Part shown: in pieces, positions 31,038 to 43,284 of the stretch
How positions within the stretch are numbered: the first letter of the stretch is position 1
How the letters are laid out: each line of letters opens with the position of its first letter
Sequence record: OL960580
Strand: one strand, 5' to 3'
Length of the DNA stretch: 64,000 bases
Source of the DNA: Escherichia phage vB_EcoM_SA21RB
Made by a program: the position numbers and the translations under genes
Notes under the pieces: generated by a model
What the model saw: the letters and a program-made list of their open reading frames with translations, nothing else
Told to the model about the DNA's origin: nothing
Database searches by the model: none

Positions 31038-31387
31038 TTAGAAAGGTCCTGGATGTCTTCTGCGAACTTATTAAAGGAGTTGTTGATTTGTTTTTCAACC
31101 AATCCTGGCTTATGAGCCACCACATCCGCCTTCTTTGCGTCTTTGCGCAGTTTTTCATTTTCACGCTCAATAGCAGCAATTGCCTCACGATTTTTATTAT
31201 TCATCGCATCAATATAATTATATTGAATTTTTAAATCATTTAATGCTAAAGCGTTTTCATTGGCCGTTTTTGTAATTTCTACAACAGACGTTTCTAATCT
31301 TTCAATTTTACTTTTTAAAATTAAAGAAGTTCCGCCCAATGCAATTACAATTAATAACAAACCTGCTGTCGTATTACTTAATTGCAT
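31034..31387 (-). CDS. i-spanin, inner-membrane anchored coiled-coil protein
   Basis: 117 aa; N-terminal TM helix then coiled-coil periplasmic domain; paired with the lipoprotein. Confidence 0.65.
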   Translation of the reverse strand: MQLSNTTAGLLLIVIALGGTSLILKSKIERLETSVVEITKTANENALALNDLKIQYNYIDAMNNKNREAIAAIERENEKLRKDAKKADVVAHKPGLVEKQINNSFNKFAEDIQDLSK

Positions 31388-31884
31388 AAAGTTTTAATAA
31401 CCTCTACAATATCGTCTTGAGAAAGACCGTTAATTAAAATATGATGTTCAGCCGGAGATTTAGAAATTTTAAAGCATGCCTCAACATCTTCTGCCATATC
31501 TGATGCGCTACGATTTGGATTACTAATTCCAAGACGATGTTTTCCCGTTAAAGGATTAACGATGATATAACATTTACAGTTGTTAATATGAACATTAGGT
31601 TGAGTCTGATTAATGAATACTTCGCAGTCGTATTTCGCAAGCTGATTTTCTAAAAAGACTTTCATCTCCTCAACCGCATCAGGAAGCATATCACGGGCTT
31701 GCTCAAGACGACGATTTCGATATTCTTTAATGGTCGTTTTCCGCTTTGCTTGCTTAGCTAAATCTTTCTTAAGATCGGTGATATATCCAACTCGACGATT
31801 TCCTTTAAATACAGAAATCCCATCCGTGGTATCACCGTATGCTTCAACGACCATTTCAGTAGTAATAAGCTGTAAATCCATCAT
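31378..31884 (-). CDS. alc: Alc, terminator of host transcription on dC-DNA
   Basis: 168 aa (start may be the second Met); MDLQLITTEMVVEAYGD...; synteny next to rnlA. Confidence 0.8.
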   Translation of the reverse strand: MMDLQLITTEMVVEAYGDTTDGISVFKGNRRVGYITDLKKDLAKQAKRKTTIKEYRNRRLEQARDMLPDAVEEMKVFLENQLAKYDCEVFINQTQPNVHINNCKCYIIVNPLTGKHRLGISNPNRSASDMAEDVEACFKISKSPAEHHILINGLSQDDIVEVIKTLCN

Positions 31885-31901
31885 AAAGTCCTCATGTTAT
31901 G

Positions 31902-31942
31902 TCAGTAAGATTACTATAACACAACACGAGGGACTTGTAAAC
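31902..31942 (-). promoter_or_regulatory. T4-type early promoter (copy B of the 41-bp perfect repeat)
   Basis: identical to 16628-16668; GTTTAC -35 and TATAGT -10 on the minus strand; SD GAGGA follows. Confidence 0.6.
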
Positions 31943-31945
31943 AGC

Positions 31946-33533
<1,588 letters not shown>

Positions 33534-33560
33534 AATAAAATGGGCCTTGCGGCCCACTCC

Positions 33561-34730
33561 TTAAAAATATTTTTTAAAACCCATCATAACTTTATCATCA
33601 ACATCATTATCAATCTGTGCTACAAGGTAAGATGACAGTTCTACTTCTTGTGGCGCGGATTGAACATTATCAGAATTAAGATATTCACGAATCCAAGGAT
33701 ACGGGTGTTTAACCGGAGCATCGGTAATTGGGCATGGAAGACCACACTGTTTCATACGAGATACAGTTAAGTAATCAATAAAGCTCCACATGCTATTTGT
33801 ATTTAATCCAGGAACATCGCCATCTTTAAATAAATGAACTGCCCAGTCTTTTTCTTGACGGTTAACTTCCATGAAAATATCAACTGCTTCTTGTTCACAC
33901 TCTTGAGCAATTTTAACCCATTCATCGCCATCAGTGCCAAGTTGAAGTTGACGAATAATATATTGAGTGCCTTTAAGGTGAAGCTGTTCATCACGAGCAA
34001 TGAACTTCATAATCTTGGCATTACCTTCCATGATTTCCATGTTCTTATGGAAGTTAAAGGTACATGCGAAAGATACATAAAAACGAATAGCTTCCAATGC
34101 GTTGATTACATGAAGGCAAAGATAAAGAGATTTCATTAATGCTCGTTTAGTACATTCAACAACTTTGCCTAACTCTTCTTTACGAAATCCTTCTGATAAA
34201 ATTCCTTCATAATCTTCAACCGCATTCTGATATTCACGAGTCTTAACTAGAACGTCATCATAATAACGACCAATAGATTCAGCACGTTTCATGATAGCTT
34301 TATCTAATACAATCTCATCAAATACCTTTGATGGATCAGTATAAAGATTTCGCATGATATGGGTATATGAACGACTGTGAATAGTTTCGCTAAAAGTCCA
34401 TGTAGCAACCCATGTATCAAGGCTTGGATCTGAAATTAATGACATAAGTACAGCAGATGGTGCACGACCCTGAATGCTATCTAGAAGTGATTGATACTTC
34501 AGGTTATTAGTAAAAATATCTTGCTGATACTGAGGAAGCTTGTTAAATTGTGCAGCATCCATCATCAAGTTTACTTCTTCAGGACGCCAGAAAAATGATA
34601 ATTGCTTTTCGGTTAAATCTTCAAAAACTTTATGGCGTTGAATATCATAACGCGCAATACCAAGACCTGAACCGAAGAACATGGGTTCTTTTAAAACATC
34701 AACTGGATTTGTATTAAAAACTGTGCTCAT
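33561..34730 (-). CDS. nrdB: ribonucleotide reductase small subunit (uninterrupted, no intron)
   Basis: 389 aa continuous ORF with the di-iron/tyrosyl radical protein family profile. Confidence 0.95.
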   Translation of the reverse strand: MSTVFNTNPVDVLKEPMFFGSGLGIARYDIQRHKVFEDLTEKQLSFFWRPEEVNLMMDAAQFNKLPQYQQDIFTNNLKYQSLLDSIQGRAPSAVLMSLISDPSLDTWVATWTFSETIHSRSYTHIMRNLYTDPSKVFDEIVLDKAIMKRAESIGRYYDDVLVKTREYQNAVEDYEGILSEGFRKEELGKVVECTKRALMKSLYLCLHVINALEAIRFYVSFACTFNFHKNMEIMEGNAKIMKFIARDEQLHLKGTQYIIRQLQLGTDGDEWVKIAQECEQEAVDIFMEVNRQEKDWAVHLFKDGDVPGLNTNSMWSFIDYLTVSRMKQCGLPCPITDAPVKHPYPWIREYLNSDNVQSAPQEVELSSYLVAQIDNDVDDKVMMGFKKYF

Positions 34731-34781
34731 AAATTTTCCGCTTAGTTAATAGATAGTGACTCGTCCGTGAGTCAAATTATA

Positions 34782-37046
34782 TCATAATTTACAGGATGAA
34801 CAATCTTCAGCTTTTGGAGTTTCTATTTCATAATCATCAGTACCAGAACCATCGCGGGTATTATGATAATAAAGGTTTTTTCCACCAAAATACCAGAAGT
34901 ACATCAAGTCGTCAAGCATAACTGACATCGGAACCTTTCCTTTTGGAAAAATCTGCGGGTCATAATATGTATTCGCTGAAGCTGATTGACATACCCATTT
35001 CAACATAATAGCTACTTGCGTAAGATAAGGTTTATTACCTTTCTTAGCTAATTTCCACGTATAATCATAGAGGTCTATGTTATGCTCAATATTGGGCACG
35101 ACTTGATTAAAGGAACCCTCTTTTGATTCTTTAACAGAGACTGGTCCACGTGGAGGCTCGATACCGTTTGTACTGTTAGAAACTTGGGAAGATGACTCAC
35201 ATGGCATAAGTGCTGATAATGTGCTATTACGGATGCCAAAGAGCTTAAGGTCTTCCCGCAGCGACGACCAGTCACAAACGTATTTTGGAGCTGCGATTTG
35301 GTCAATCTTTTTATTGTACCAGTCGATAGGTAATTCGCCTCGAGCCCAACGAGTGTCTGAATAATATTCGCAAGGTCCTTTTTCTTTGGCGAGCTTAATG
35401 GATGCTTTAATGAGTCCATACTGTAATCTCTCAAATAGTTCATGTGTTAAATCGTTAGCATCTTCATAAGAAGCAAAGTTACTTGCCAGCCAAGCTGCAT
35501 AGTTAGTAACACCTACGCCAAGGTTTCGACGCTTTTTAGCTTTTTCTGCTTCAGGAACTGGATATCCTTGGTAATCCAAAAGATTATCAAGAGCACGAAC
35601 TTGGACTTCTGCTAATTCATTAATTTTATCTTGGTCTTGCCAATCGAAGTTATCTAACACAAATGCAGATAACGTGCACAATCCAATTTCGGCATCAGGA
35701 CTATTCACATCATTTGTTGGAATAGCAATTTCACAGCACAAGTTACTCTGACGAATAGGTGCCTTTTCACGAATAAATGGAGTATAGTTATTCGTATTAT
35801 CAATGAACTGTACATAAATCCTTGCTGTTCCTGATCGTTCAGTCATGAGCAATTCAAACAGTTCACGGGCTTTAATACGCTTTTTGCGAATATTAGGGTC
35901 TTTTTCTGCGGCTTCATACAATTCACGGAAACGGTCTTGGTCTTTAAAATAAGAATAATAAAGCTCGCCACCCATTTCGTGTGGACTGAACAAAGTAATG
36001 TAGTCGTTCTTTCCAAAACGTTCCATCATCAAATCATTCAGTTGAACGCCATAATCCATATGACGGATACGGTTTTCTTCTACGCCTTTGTTATTTTTCA
36101 AAACGAGAAGATTTTCAACTTCCAAATGCCAAATAGGATAATAAGCAGTAGCAGCGCCGCCACGAATTCCGCCTTGTGAACATGATTTAACAGCAGTCTG
36201 AAAATGTTTCCAAAAAGGAATAACGCCAGTATGACGCACTTCACCTGTGCCAATCTTAGAACCTTCAGCACGAATCATACCAACGTTAATGCCAATTCCA
36301 GCTCGTTTAGAAATATACTCAACAATTGAAGCAGAAGCCTTATTGATAGACTTCAGCGAATCACCTGCTTCAATAACAACGCATGAACTAAACTGTCGAG
36401 TTGGAGTACGGCAACCAGCCATAATAGGAGTTGGCAGTGAAATCTGTCGAGTAGATACTGCTTCATAAAAACGAATAACGTGTTTTAGTCTATCAACAGG
36501 TTCATCTTGATGCAGTGCCATTCCAATAGTCATAAATGCAAACTGTGGAGTTTCATAAATTTGACCAGTGGTTTTATCTTTAACAAGATATTTTTCTTTT
36601 AATTGCATCGCCCCGGAATAAGTAAATTCCATATCCCGCTCGTGCTTAATTTTTGATTCTAAAAATGTAATTTCTTCTGCTGAATATTTTGACAACAATT
36701 CAGGGTCGTATTTACCTTCATTTACGCAGTAAGAAATATGGTCAATAAATGAACGTGGTTCATATTGACCGTAAACATGCTTACGAAGAGCAAACATTAA
36801 ACAGCGTGCAGCTACGTATTGATAATCAGGCTCTTCAACTGAAATAGAATTCGCAGCAGCCTTAATGACAATGGTTTGAATGTCATCAGTTGTCATTCCA
36901 TCACGGAGATATGATTTAATATTTTCATATAATTCATAAGGATCTACAGATGTTCCTTCAGCTGCCCAAGATAAAACTTTAATAATTTTTTGCGGGTCAA
37001 AGCTCTGAGAAACACCACTACTTTTGATAACATTAATTAATTGCAT
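34782..37046 (-). CDS. nrdA: ribonucleotide reductase large subunit
   Basis: 754 aa; C-terminal Cys pair and GSGTDD...CSSCKL tail typical of class Ia NrdA. Confidence 0.96.
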   Translation of the reverse strand: MQLINVIKSSGVSQSFDPQKIIKVLSWAAEGTSVDPYELYENIKSYLRDGMTTDDIQTIVIKAAANSISVEEPDYQYVAARCLMFALRKHVYGQYEPRSFIDHISYCVNEGKYDPELLSKYSAEEITFLESKIKHERDMEFTYSGAMQLKEKYLVKDKTTGQIYETPQFAFMTIGMALHQDEPVDRLKHVIRFYEAVSTRQISLPTPIMAGCRTPTRQFSSCVVIEAGDSLKSINKASASIVEYISKRAGIGINVGMIRAEGSKIGTGEVRHTGVIPFWKHFQTAVKSCSQGGIRGGAATAYYPIWHLEVENLLVLKNNKGVEENRIRHMDYGVQLNDLMMERFGKNDYITLFSPHEMGGELYYSYFKDQDRFRELYEAAEKDPNIRKKRIKARELFELLMTERSGTARIYVQFIDNTNNYTPFIREKAPIRQSNLCCEIAIPTNDVNSPDAEIGLCTLSAFVLDNFDWQDQDKINELAEVQVRALDNLLDYQGYPVPEAEKAKKRRNLGVGVTNYAAWLASNFASYEDANDLTHELFERLQYGLIKASIKLAKEKGPCEYYSDTRWARGELPIDWYNKKIDQIAAPKYVCDWSSLREDLKLFGIRNSTLSALMPCESSSQVSNSTNGIEPPRGPVSVKESKEGSFNQVVPNIEHNIDLYDYTWKLAKKGNKPYLTQVAIMLKWVCQSASANTYYDPQIFPKGKVPMSVMLDDLMYFWYFGGKNLYYHNTRDGSGTDDYEIETPKAEDCSSCKL

Positions 37047-37363
37047 AAGTCCTCAACTTGAAAATCGTCTTTAAACAATCGGTTAACTATATGAGCTATT
37101 ATATCACCATGACACGGCTTTGGTTTACATGTGCATCCTAGCCTCATTCCACGTAAAGGCTCTAAATGTGCTTTAGTTATTTCTCCGGATTTAATTCGAC
37201 GTATAAAATCTTTTTTGAATAATTCAATGGCAGCCTCCCGGCTGCCAGCATCTTTACCGACGTAATTTCCCCAAAATGTACCACGGTGAATATTAACATC
37301 AAAGTCGGATTTATATTTATTCACTACCCGGCATAGACGGTCCGCGCGGTAATAATTCTTCAT
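37037..37363 (-). CDS. hypothetical protein (position of T4 nrdA.1)
   Basis: 108 aa ORF overlapping the nrdA start. Confidence 0.65.
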   Translation of the reverse strand: MKNYYRADRLCRVVNKYKSDFDVNIHRGTFWGNYVGKDAGSREAAIELFKKDFIRRIKSGEITKAHLEPLRGMRLGCTCKPKPCHGDIIAHIVNRLFKDDFQVEDLCN

Positions 37364-37592
37364 ATTGTTGTTCCGTTAAAACAGTAATATCATAGTAGCA
37401 ATCAGAAGAAGTTTTAACTGTAGAAATTTTATTATCAAAATACTCACGGGTCATTTTATGAGTATAATATTTTTTGCCATAAATGATAATAGGCTGTTCT
37501 GGTCCTGGAACTTCTAACTCGCTTGGATTAGGAAGTGTAAAAAGAACGACACCAGAAGTATCCTTAAATCGTAAAATCATATATCCTCTCAA
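37317..37592 (-). CDS. hypothetical protein (position of T4 nrdA.2)
   Basis: 91 aa ORF. Confidence 0.55.
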   Translation of the reverse strand: MRGYMILRFKDTSGVVLFTLPNPSELEVPGPEQPIIIYGKKYYTHKMTREYFDNKISTVKTSSDCYYDITVLTEQQYEELLPRGPSMPGSE

Positions 37593-37603
37593 TTAAATTA
37601 AAA

Positions 37604-38463
37604 TTATACCGCCATTTTACCTTTAATTGGCGGATGAGATACATAGTTGTTAAGAACAAAATTATGCGGCTTTGCGAATTGACTCAACCAAAATACCTGC
37701 GATTCTGTGTCCCATTCATCAAATTCATCTGGAAATTTTAATTGTAATTCGCATAAATCCATAGGTTCACGACGTAAAATTTCTTTACATTGTTCTACGT
37801 GATTCATATAGATATGAGTATTACCACCAGAAAATATCAAATCTCCTGGAATAAGATTACACATCTTAGCTACAATATGAACTAACGTAGCATATGATGC
37901 AATATTAAATGGAAGACCGAGGAAAACATCTACCGAACGTTGATACCACTGCAAATCCAAATAGCCATTACGCACATTAAACTGATAGAACATATGACAA
38001 GGTGGCAATGCCATCTGCTTGAGTTCTGCCGGATTCCATGCTGAAACAATTTGACGTCTATCATTTGGCAGTTTTTTAATACGATCAACAACTTCTATAA
38101 TTTGGTCTACACCACCAAAATCGCGCCATTGTTTTCCATAAATTGGACCAAGTTCACCACTATGATATCCTAAATCTTTTGCTTGATTTTCATAATTTTC
38201 ATCCCAGACTGTTTTGCCTTGAATTAATGAATCATGTTGAATTAATCGCAAATCATTGACATTTGTGCTTCCCGATAAAAACCATATTAGCTCAGCAATG
38301 CAAGCTTTCCAGGCGAGCTTCTTAGTCGTTACTGCAGGAAAACCTTTAGTTAAATCCCATCGTAATTTAGTGCCGAACAAAGCAATTGTTCCTGTGCCTG
38401 TTCGGTCATCGGTTTCATAACCGTTTTCCAGGATATCTTTAATTAAAAATTGGTATTGTTTCA

Positions 38464-38464
<1 letters not shown>
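37604..38464 (-). CDS. td: thymidylate synthase (uninterrupted, no intron)
   Basis: 286 aa from MKQYQFLIKDILENGYETDDRTGTGT...; catalytic LPPCHMFYQF; continuous reading frame. Confidence 0.93.
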
Positions 38465-39496
<1,032 letters not shown>

Positions 39497-39507
39497 ATTA
39501 TCTCCTA

Positions 39508-39840
39508 TTAAAAAGGATCAGGAACATATCCACTAGCTTTAATCATTTTAACTAATGTTACCATTCCTTTGTTAACTGCTTGTGAGATTTCATCAAAAAC
39601 TTCATCATTAAAAAGTTCTAGCACACCCTTCTGAACTTTTAATTTACAGCCAACAATTTCGTCATCGCCTATAGTAAATTCATTACCGCCAATTCCACCG
39701 AAAAACTTAATTACCCCAGTTAACTGTCTTCCACGAGAATATGGGTCATGTGATAAAGTAATATGAGTCACCCCAGGTACAGTTTTAAATTGGCAGCGAA
39801 TGTTTACTTGGGAAATTCCAGTTACATGAACGTCAGACAT
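39508..39840 (-). CDS. hypothetical protein (frd.x)
   Basis: 110 aa ORF. Confidence 0.6.
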   Translation of the reverse strand: MSDVHVTGISQVNIRCQFKTVPGVTHITLSHDPYSRGRQLTGVIKFFGGIGGNEFTIGDDEIVGCKLKVQKGVLELFNDEVFDEISQAVNKGMVTLVKMIKASGYVPDPF

Positions 39841-39850
39841 AATGTTTTCC

Positions 39851-40093
39851 TCAGACAGACTTTTTCACAATTTTCCAATCAGCTTTAAACTGATCAACGT
39901 CAGAATGATAAATCCAGAATCCTGCGCTTTCTCCATCCTCATAAAGAGGGCATCCATCGCATTCATCTTCCCATCCCATATCACGCAAAAGACGTTCAGC
40001 TTTTTCAACAAGTTCAGAATCTTTACCGATGATATTAAAATACCATTTACCCCTAACTTCTGAATCTTTAATGCTCTGACGTTGTAATCTCAT
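39851..40093 (-). CDS. hypothetical protein (frd.x)
   Basis: 80 aa ORF. Confidence 0.55.
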   Translation of the reverse strand: MRLQRQSIKDSEVRGKWYFNIIGKDSELVEKAERLLRDMGWEDECDGCPLYEDGESAGFWIYHSDVDQFKADWKIVKKSV

Positions 40094-40195
40094 TTTATTC
40101 TCCTTAGCAAGCTTTAATCAAAAGGTATAAGCAAACTAACATAACTGCTGCCATAATATAAGGTGCGAACATTTTCTTTTCTCCATTAGTTTTGA

Positions 40196-40236
40196 TAGGG
40201 TAATAGTATCACACTACTACCCTTCTGTAAACTACT
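40196..40236 (-). promoter_or_regulatory. T4-type early promoter
   Basis: minus strand GTTTAC (rc of 40229-40234) with downstream TA-rich -10. Confidence 0.45.
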
Positions 40237-40612
40237 TTTTGAAAGTTTTTCGCAAAAGTTCAATGATTTCGTCTACATTGTTTTCGTCAACAATGCAGTG
40301 AATTTTTGTTACGCCAGAAACCTTGTCTTCGACTTCATCTTCTTCAAAAGTCGGTTCTTTATACTCACGAAAACAATGAAATTCGTCTTCGCAAATTTCT
40401 GAAAGTCTATCACAAAGGTAAAAATGCTTTCCATTAGCGCATTCAATGTGTTTTACAGCTTTAAATCCATTAGCAAAGAAAACTTCTTTAACTTCAAACC
40501 ATCCGCCATTTTCTCGAATAATTTTAACTATTGACGCATTAGATCGTGGGCTATAATTAATAAATGTATCAATAAGTCTTGGAACAAGTTCATACTTTTT
40601 GCCAATATACAT
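40232..40612 (-). CDS. hypothetical Cys-rich protein
   Basis: 126 aa ORF. Confidence 0.55.
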   Translation of the reverse strand: MYIGKKYELVPRLIDTFINYSPRSNASIVKIIRENGGWFEVKEVFFANGFKAVKHIECANGKHFYLCDRLSEICEDEFHCFREYKEPTFEEDEVEDKVSGVTKIHCIVDENNVDEIIELLRKTFKK

Positions 40613-40656
40613 TGTGTTTTCCTCATTTTAATAGGGGCTTGATAGCCCCTTGATAA

Positions 40657-40887
40657 TTATTGTTCAATCAGTCCCATGTAAAATTCTGCGTCTTCAGAAT
40701 CCATGCCGTCACAATACTCATTAGCCATAAAGCGGGTGAGGTCTTCAAGAGGACCTTCAATGACAATAGAAAAATTGCAATAATTGGGATCATCGTGAAT
40801 ACTTGTGATACTAAGCTCAGGATAACGATTACGAATAATTTCTTCAATATATTCAAAATCAACGATGTCAATATCAACTTTAGCCAT
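40657..40887 (-). CDS. hypothetical acidic protein
   Basis: 76 aa from MAKVDIDIV... with SD AAAGAGGAAAAT; the first ATG 7 codons upstream lacks an RBS. Confidence 0.55.
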   Translation of the reverse strand: MAKVDIDIVDFEYIEEIIRNRYPELSITSIHDDPNYCNFSIVIEGPLEDLTRFMANEYCDGMDSEDAEFYMGLIEQ

Positions 40888-40920
40888 ATTATTTTCCTCT
40901 TTAATCATCAGCAGTATTGC

Positions 40921-40961
40921 CGATAGTTGTATAGTACCATAAAGCTTTATGCTTGTAAACT
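40921..40961 (-). promoter_or_regulatory. T4-type early promoter with conserved upstream AT-rich module
   Basis: GTTTAC (rc of 40955-40960) preceded by a ttttgtgaaaaaatttttgaaataaaaaa module shared with 58146-58168 and 62175-62200. Confidence 0.5.
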
Positions 40962-40991
40962 GTTTTGTGAAAAAATTTTTGAAATAAAAAA

Positions 40992-41010
40992 GGGGACCTC
41001 TAGGGTCCCC
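40992..41010 (-). terminator. gene 32 intrinsic terminator
   Basis: minus strand ggggaccc-taga-ggtcccc followed by TTTTTTATTTC just after the gene 32 stop. Confidence 0.7.
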
Positions 41011-41032
41011 AATTAATTAGTAATATAATCTA

Positions 41033-41941
41033 TTAAAGGTCATTCAAAAGGTCATCCAGGTCCGTGTCATCAGCACTAGATGAACTGCCAGAGCTTGAGC
41101 TCATAAAATCATCTTCAGTTTTTGTTTTGAAGTCATCAACATTAAATGCATCCAAATCATCAGCAACTTTATCAGCTTTCTTAGCGGCAGTCGCTGCGGC
41201 ACCACCCATAGCAGCAGTTCCCATAACTTGACTGAACTTAGTGCTCAGTTCTTCAAACGATTTGAATTTATCTTTAGAAGTCATTTCAGAAAGGTCAACC
41301 ATTTGCTCGAACAGTTCTTTCTGGAAAGATTCATCATCAATGTTTGGAATCGCAGATTGATTCAGGAATTTAGATTCGTCGTAGTTACTAAAACCAGAAA
41401 CTTGTTTAACTTTTAGTACAAAGTTAGCACCTTCCCACGGACAAGTTACATCAACCGGAGTTTCACCCATTTCAACATCAACTGCAATCATTGCATTGAT
41501 TTTATCCCAGATTTTCTTACCGAAACGGTATTTAAATACTTTACCTTCATTTTCTGGAGCAGCTGGGTCTTTTACTACAAGAATGTTAGCCCAGTAAGAA
41601 GTTTTACGTTTAACAAGACCGTACTCTTTATTGTCAGTGTTATACAAATCATTTTTACTGATGTACTGACATACTGGGCAAGAATCGTAATCACCGTGGG
41701 TAGATGAACAGTTTTCAATATACCATTTACCGTTTTTCTTGAAACCGTGATTTACAAGAATTGCGAATGGTGCTTGTTCATCATTTTTAGACGGAAGAAA
41801 ACGAATTACTGCTTGACCGTTACCCGCATTGTCGAGTTTCAGTTTCCACTCGCCTTTATCTTCAGAAGAAAAACCACCTTTATTTCCAGCCAGTTTAGCC
41901 ATTTGCGCAGCGAGTTCAGCAGTAGATTTACGTTTAAACAT
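41033..41941 (-). CDS. 32: gp32 single-stranded DNA-binding protein
   Basis: 302 aa; zinc-binding Cys/His cluster and acidic Ser/Asp-rich C terminus; near-identical to T4 gp32. Confidence 0.96.
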   Translation of the reverse strand: MFKRKSTAELAAQMAKLAGNKGGFSSEDKGEWKLKLDNAGNGQAVIRFLPSKNDEQAPFAILVNHGFKKNGKWYIENCSSTHGDYDSCPVCQYISKNDLYNTDNKEYGLVKRKTSYWANILVVKDPAAPENEGKVFKYRFGKKIWDKINAMIAVDVEMGETPVDVTCPWEGANFVLKVKQVSGFSNYDESKFLNQSAIPNIDDESFQKELFEQMVDLSEMTSKDKFKSFEELSTKFSQVMGTAAMGGAAATAAKKADKVADDLDAFNVDDFKTKTEDDFMSSSSGSSSSADDTDLDDLLNDL

Positions 41942-41975
41942 TTTTATTTCCTTTTTAATTTAATTAACAGTTGGT

Positions 41976-42007
41976 GCTATGACGATGTATGACCTCATAG
42001 CTGGTCA
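41976..42007 (-). promoter_or_regulatory. gene 32 mRNA autoregulatory pseudoknot (translational operator)
   Basis: mRNA reads UGACC-A-GCUAUGA-GGUCA-UACAUCG-UCAUAGC: two interleaved stems (UGACC/GGUCA and GCUAUGA/UCAUAGC) upstream of an AU-rich leader. Confidence 0.65.
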
Positions 42008-42024
42008 GTGAGATAATTATAATC

Positions 42025-42032
42025 TATTTATA
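42025..42032 (-). promoter_or_regulatory. late promoter upstream of gene 32
   Basis: TATAAATA on the minus strand. Confidence 0.45.
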
Positions 42033-42040
42033 ATAAGCAA

Positions 42041-42694
42041 TTAGTACTTGCAAGATTTCACAGTTTCAATAAAAACACTTTTAGCTTTCTGTGAATCAAT
42101 ATTTAAAATTTTTCTATAAGCCTTTAACTTTATAGAATAATTATTCCAGACTAAATTATCAGTCTGTTCATCATGTTTATCGATTATATTTAAAAACGAA
42201 TCAAGCAAGATAAACGTCTCAAACGAAATTATATTCGATTGAAGTAGTTTAAAAATATAACTTGATTGAACTTTTGGATTATATTCAAAAATTTCTTTAA
42301 AAGCAGAAACTTCAACTTTTTTACTAAAATAATAAATGTTGCGAATATCTTCTTCAAACTTAAATTTAATTTGCTTTAAGCGTCCGATATATTCACGATA
42401 AAACACAAGTGCATCAGCGTCAGAGATGTCACCAATCCAAGCATCTTGGTTAGCAACAAGATTGCTTATAAAGATTAAAGCAAGTTCCTTTAATTTATAT
42501 TTTTCTGATAACTTCTGGAAAAAATACTTATCCCTTCGCTTTTGATAAGCGGCATCAGACACCCGCATGCACCAATTATACTTAATTACATCATACTTTC
42601 CATTCATATGTTGTTTTATCATTAAGTATAATTTATAAACTGATTTACCATCAATGTATCTTTCACCACCAGCAGGCATGCGGAGTTTAATCAT
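42041..42694 (-). CDS. 59: gp59 helicase loader
   Basis: 217 aa; MIKLRMPAGGERYIDGKSVYKLYLMIKQHMNGKYD... matches T4 gp59. Confidence 0.93.
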   Translation of the reverse strand: MIKLRMPAGGERYIDGKSVYKLYLMIKQHMNGKYDVIKYNWCMRVSDAAYQKRRDKYFFQKLSEKYKLKELALIFISNLVANQDAWIGDISDADALVFYREYIGRLKQIKFKFEEDIRNIYYFSKKVEVSAFKEIFEYNPKVQSSYIFKLLQSNIISFETFILLDSFLNIIDKHDEQTDNLVWNNYSIKLKAYRKILNIDSQKAKSVFIETVKSCKY

Positions 42695-43029
42695 AATAGA
42701 AAATCTAATGTATTAGTTTTTTCACAACGAACAACAGAAGGACGTAAAAGATTTTCGTCAATAGCTTCTGACTGAATTTTTTCAATTATACCCGAAGGAA
42801 TAAATTTAGCAAATTGAGTTTCAGGAATAGAATTTTCTTCTAAGAATGCTGTTGTAGCTTCAAGATAACTCATTCCAAACTCTTCTACCATTTTTTCAAT
42901 AATAAATCCATTTTCTTGGCGGTCAAGAAGCTTTGCAATTTCATCCTTTTCTTTCTTAATTGAAAGTTCTTTTTCTGAAAGACCGGTCTCATCGACCGGA
43001 CGAATATCATTTAGAGAAAACTGTGTCAT
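42691..43029 (-). CDS. 33: gp33 late transcription co-activator
   Basis: 112 aa from MTQFSLNDIRPV... (or 115 aa from the upstream Met at 43038); synteny 59-33-dsbA. Confidence 0.85.
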   Translation of the reverse strand: MTQFSLNDIRPVDETGLSEKELSIKKEKDEIAKLLDRQENGFIIEKMVEEFGMSYLEATTAFLEENSIPETQFAKFIPSGIIEKIQSEAIDENLLRPSVVRCEKTNTLDFLL

Positions 43030-43276
43030 AAAGTTCAACTACCTCTTCAGTTTCAGCTTCAAACACATCACGGTTATCTTTATGATACAAAGCTAAAAGA
43101 CGATTAAACATCTTACCATCAACGCCAAGTTCATCTTTGGCACGAATTCGAATGTCTTTAATCAATTCATTATAACCGGAAATTTTCAGTTTATGATCAG
43201 ATGCTTCTTTGATAAATTTAGCTAAGTCTTCGCCATGGATAGCTTCATCAAATTCAACCATTTCTTTTTTAGCCAT
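43007..43276 (-). CDS. dsbA: DsbA double-stranded DNA-binding protein
   Basis: 89 aa; overlaps the gene 33 start as in T4. Confidence 0.85.
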   Translation of the reverse strand: MAKKEMVEFDEAIHGEDLAKFIKEASDHKLKISGYNELIKDIRIRAKDELGVDGKMFNRLLALYHKDNRDVFEAETEEVVELYDTVFSK

Positions 43277-43284
43277 TATTCACC

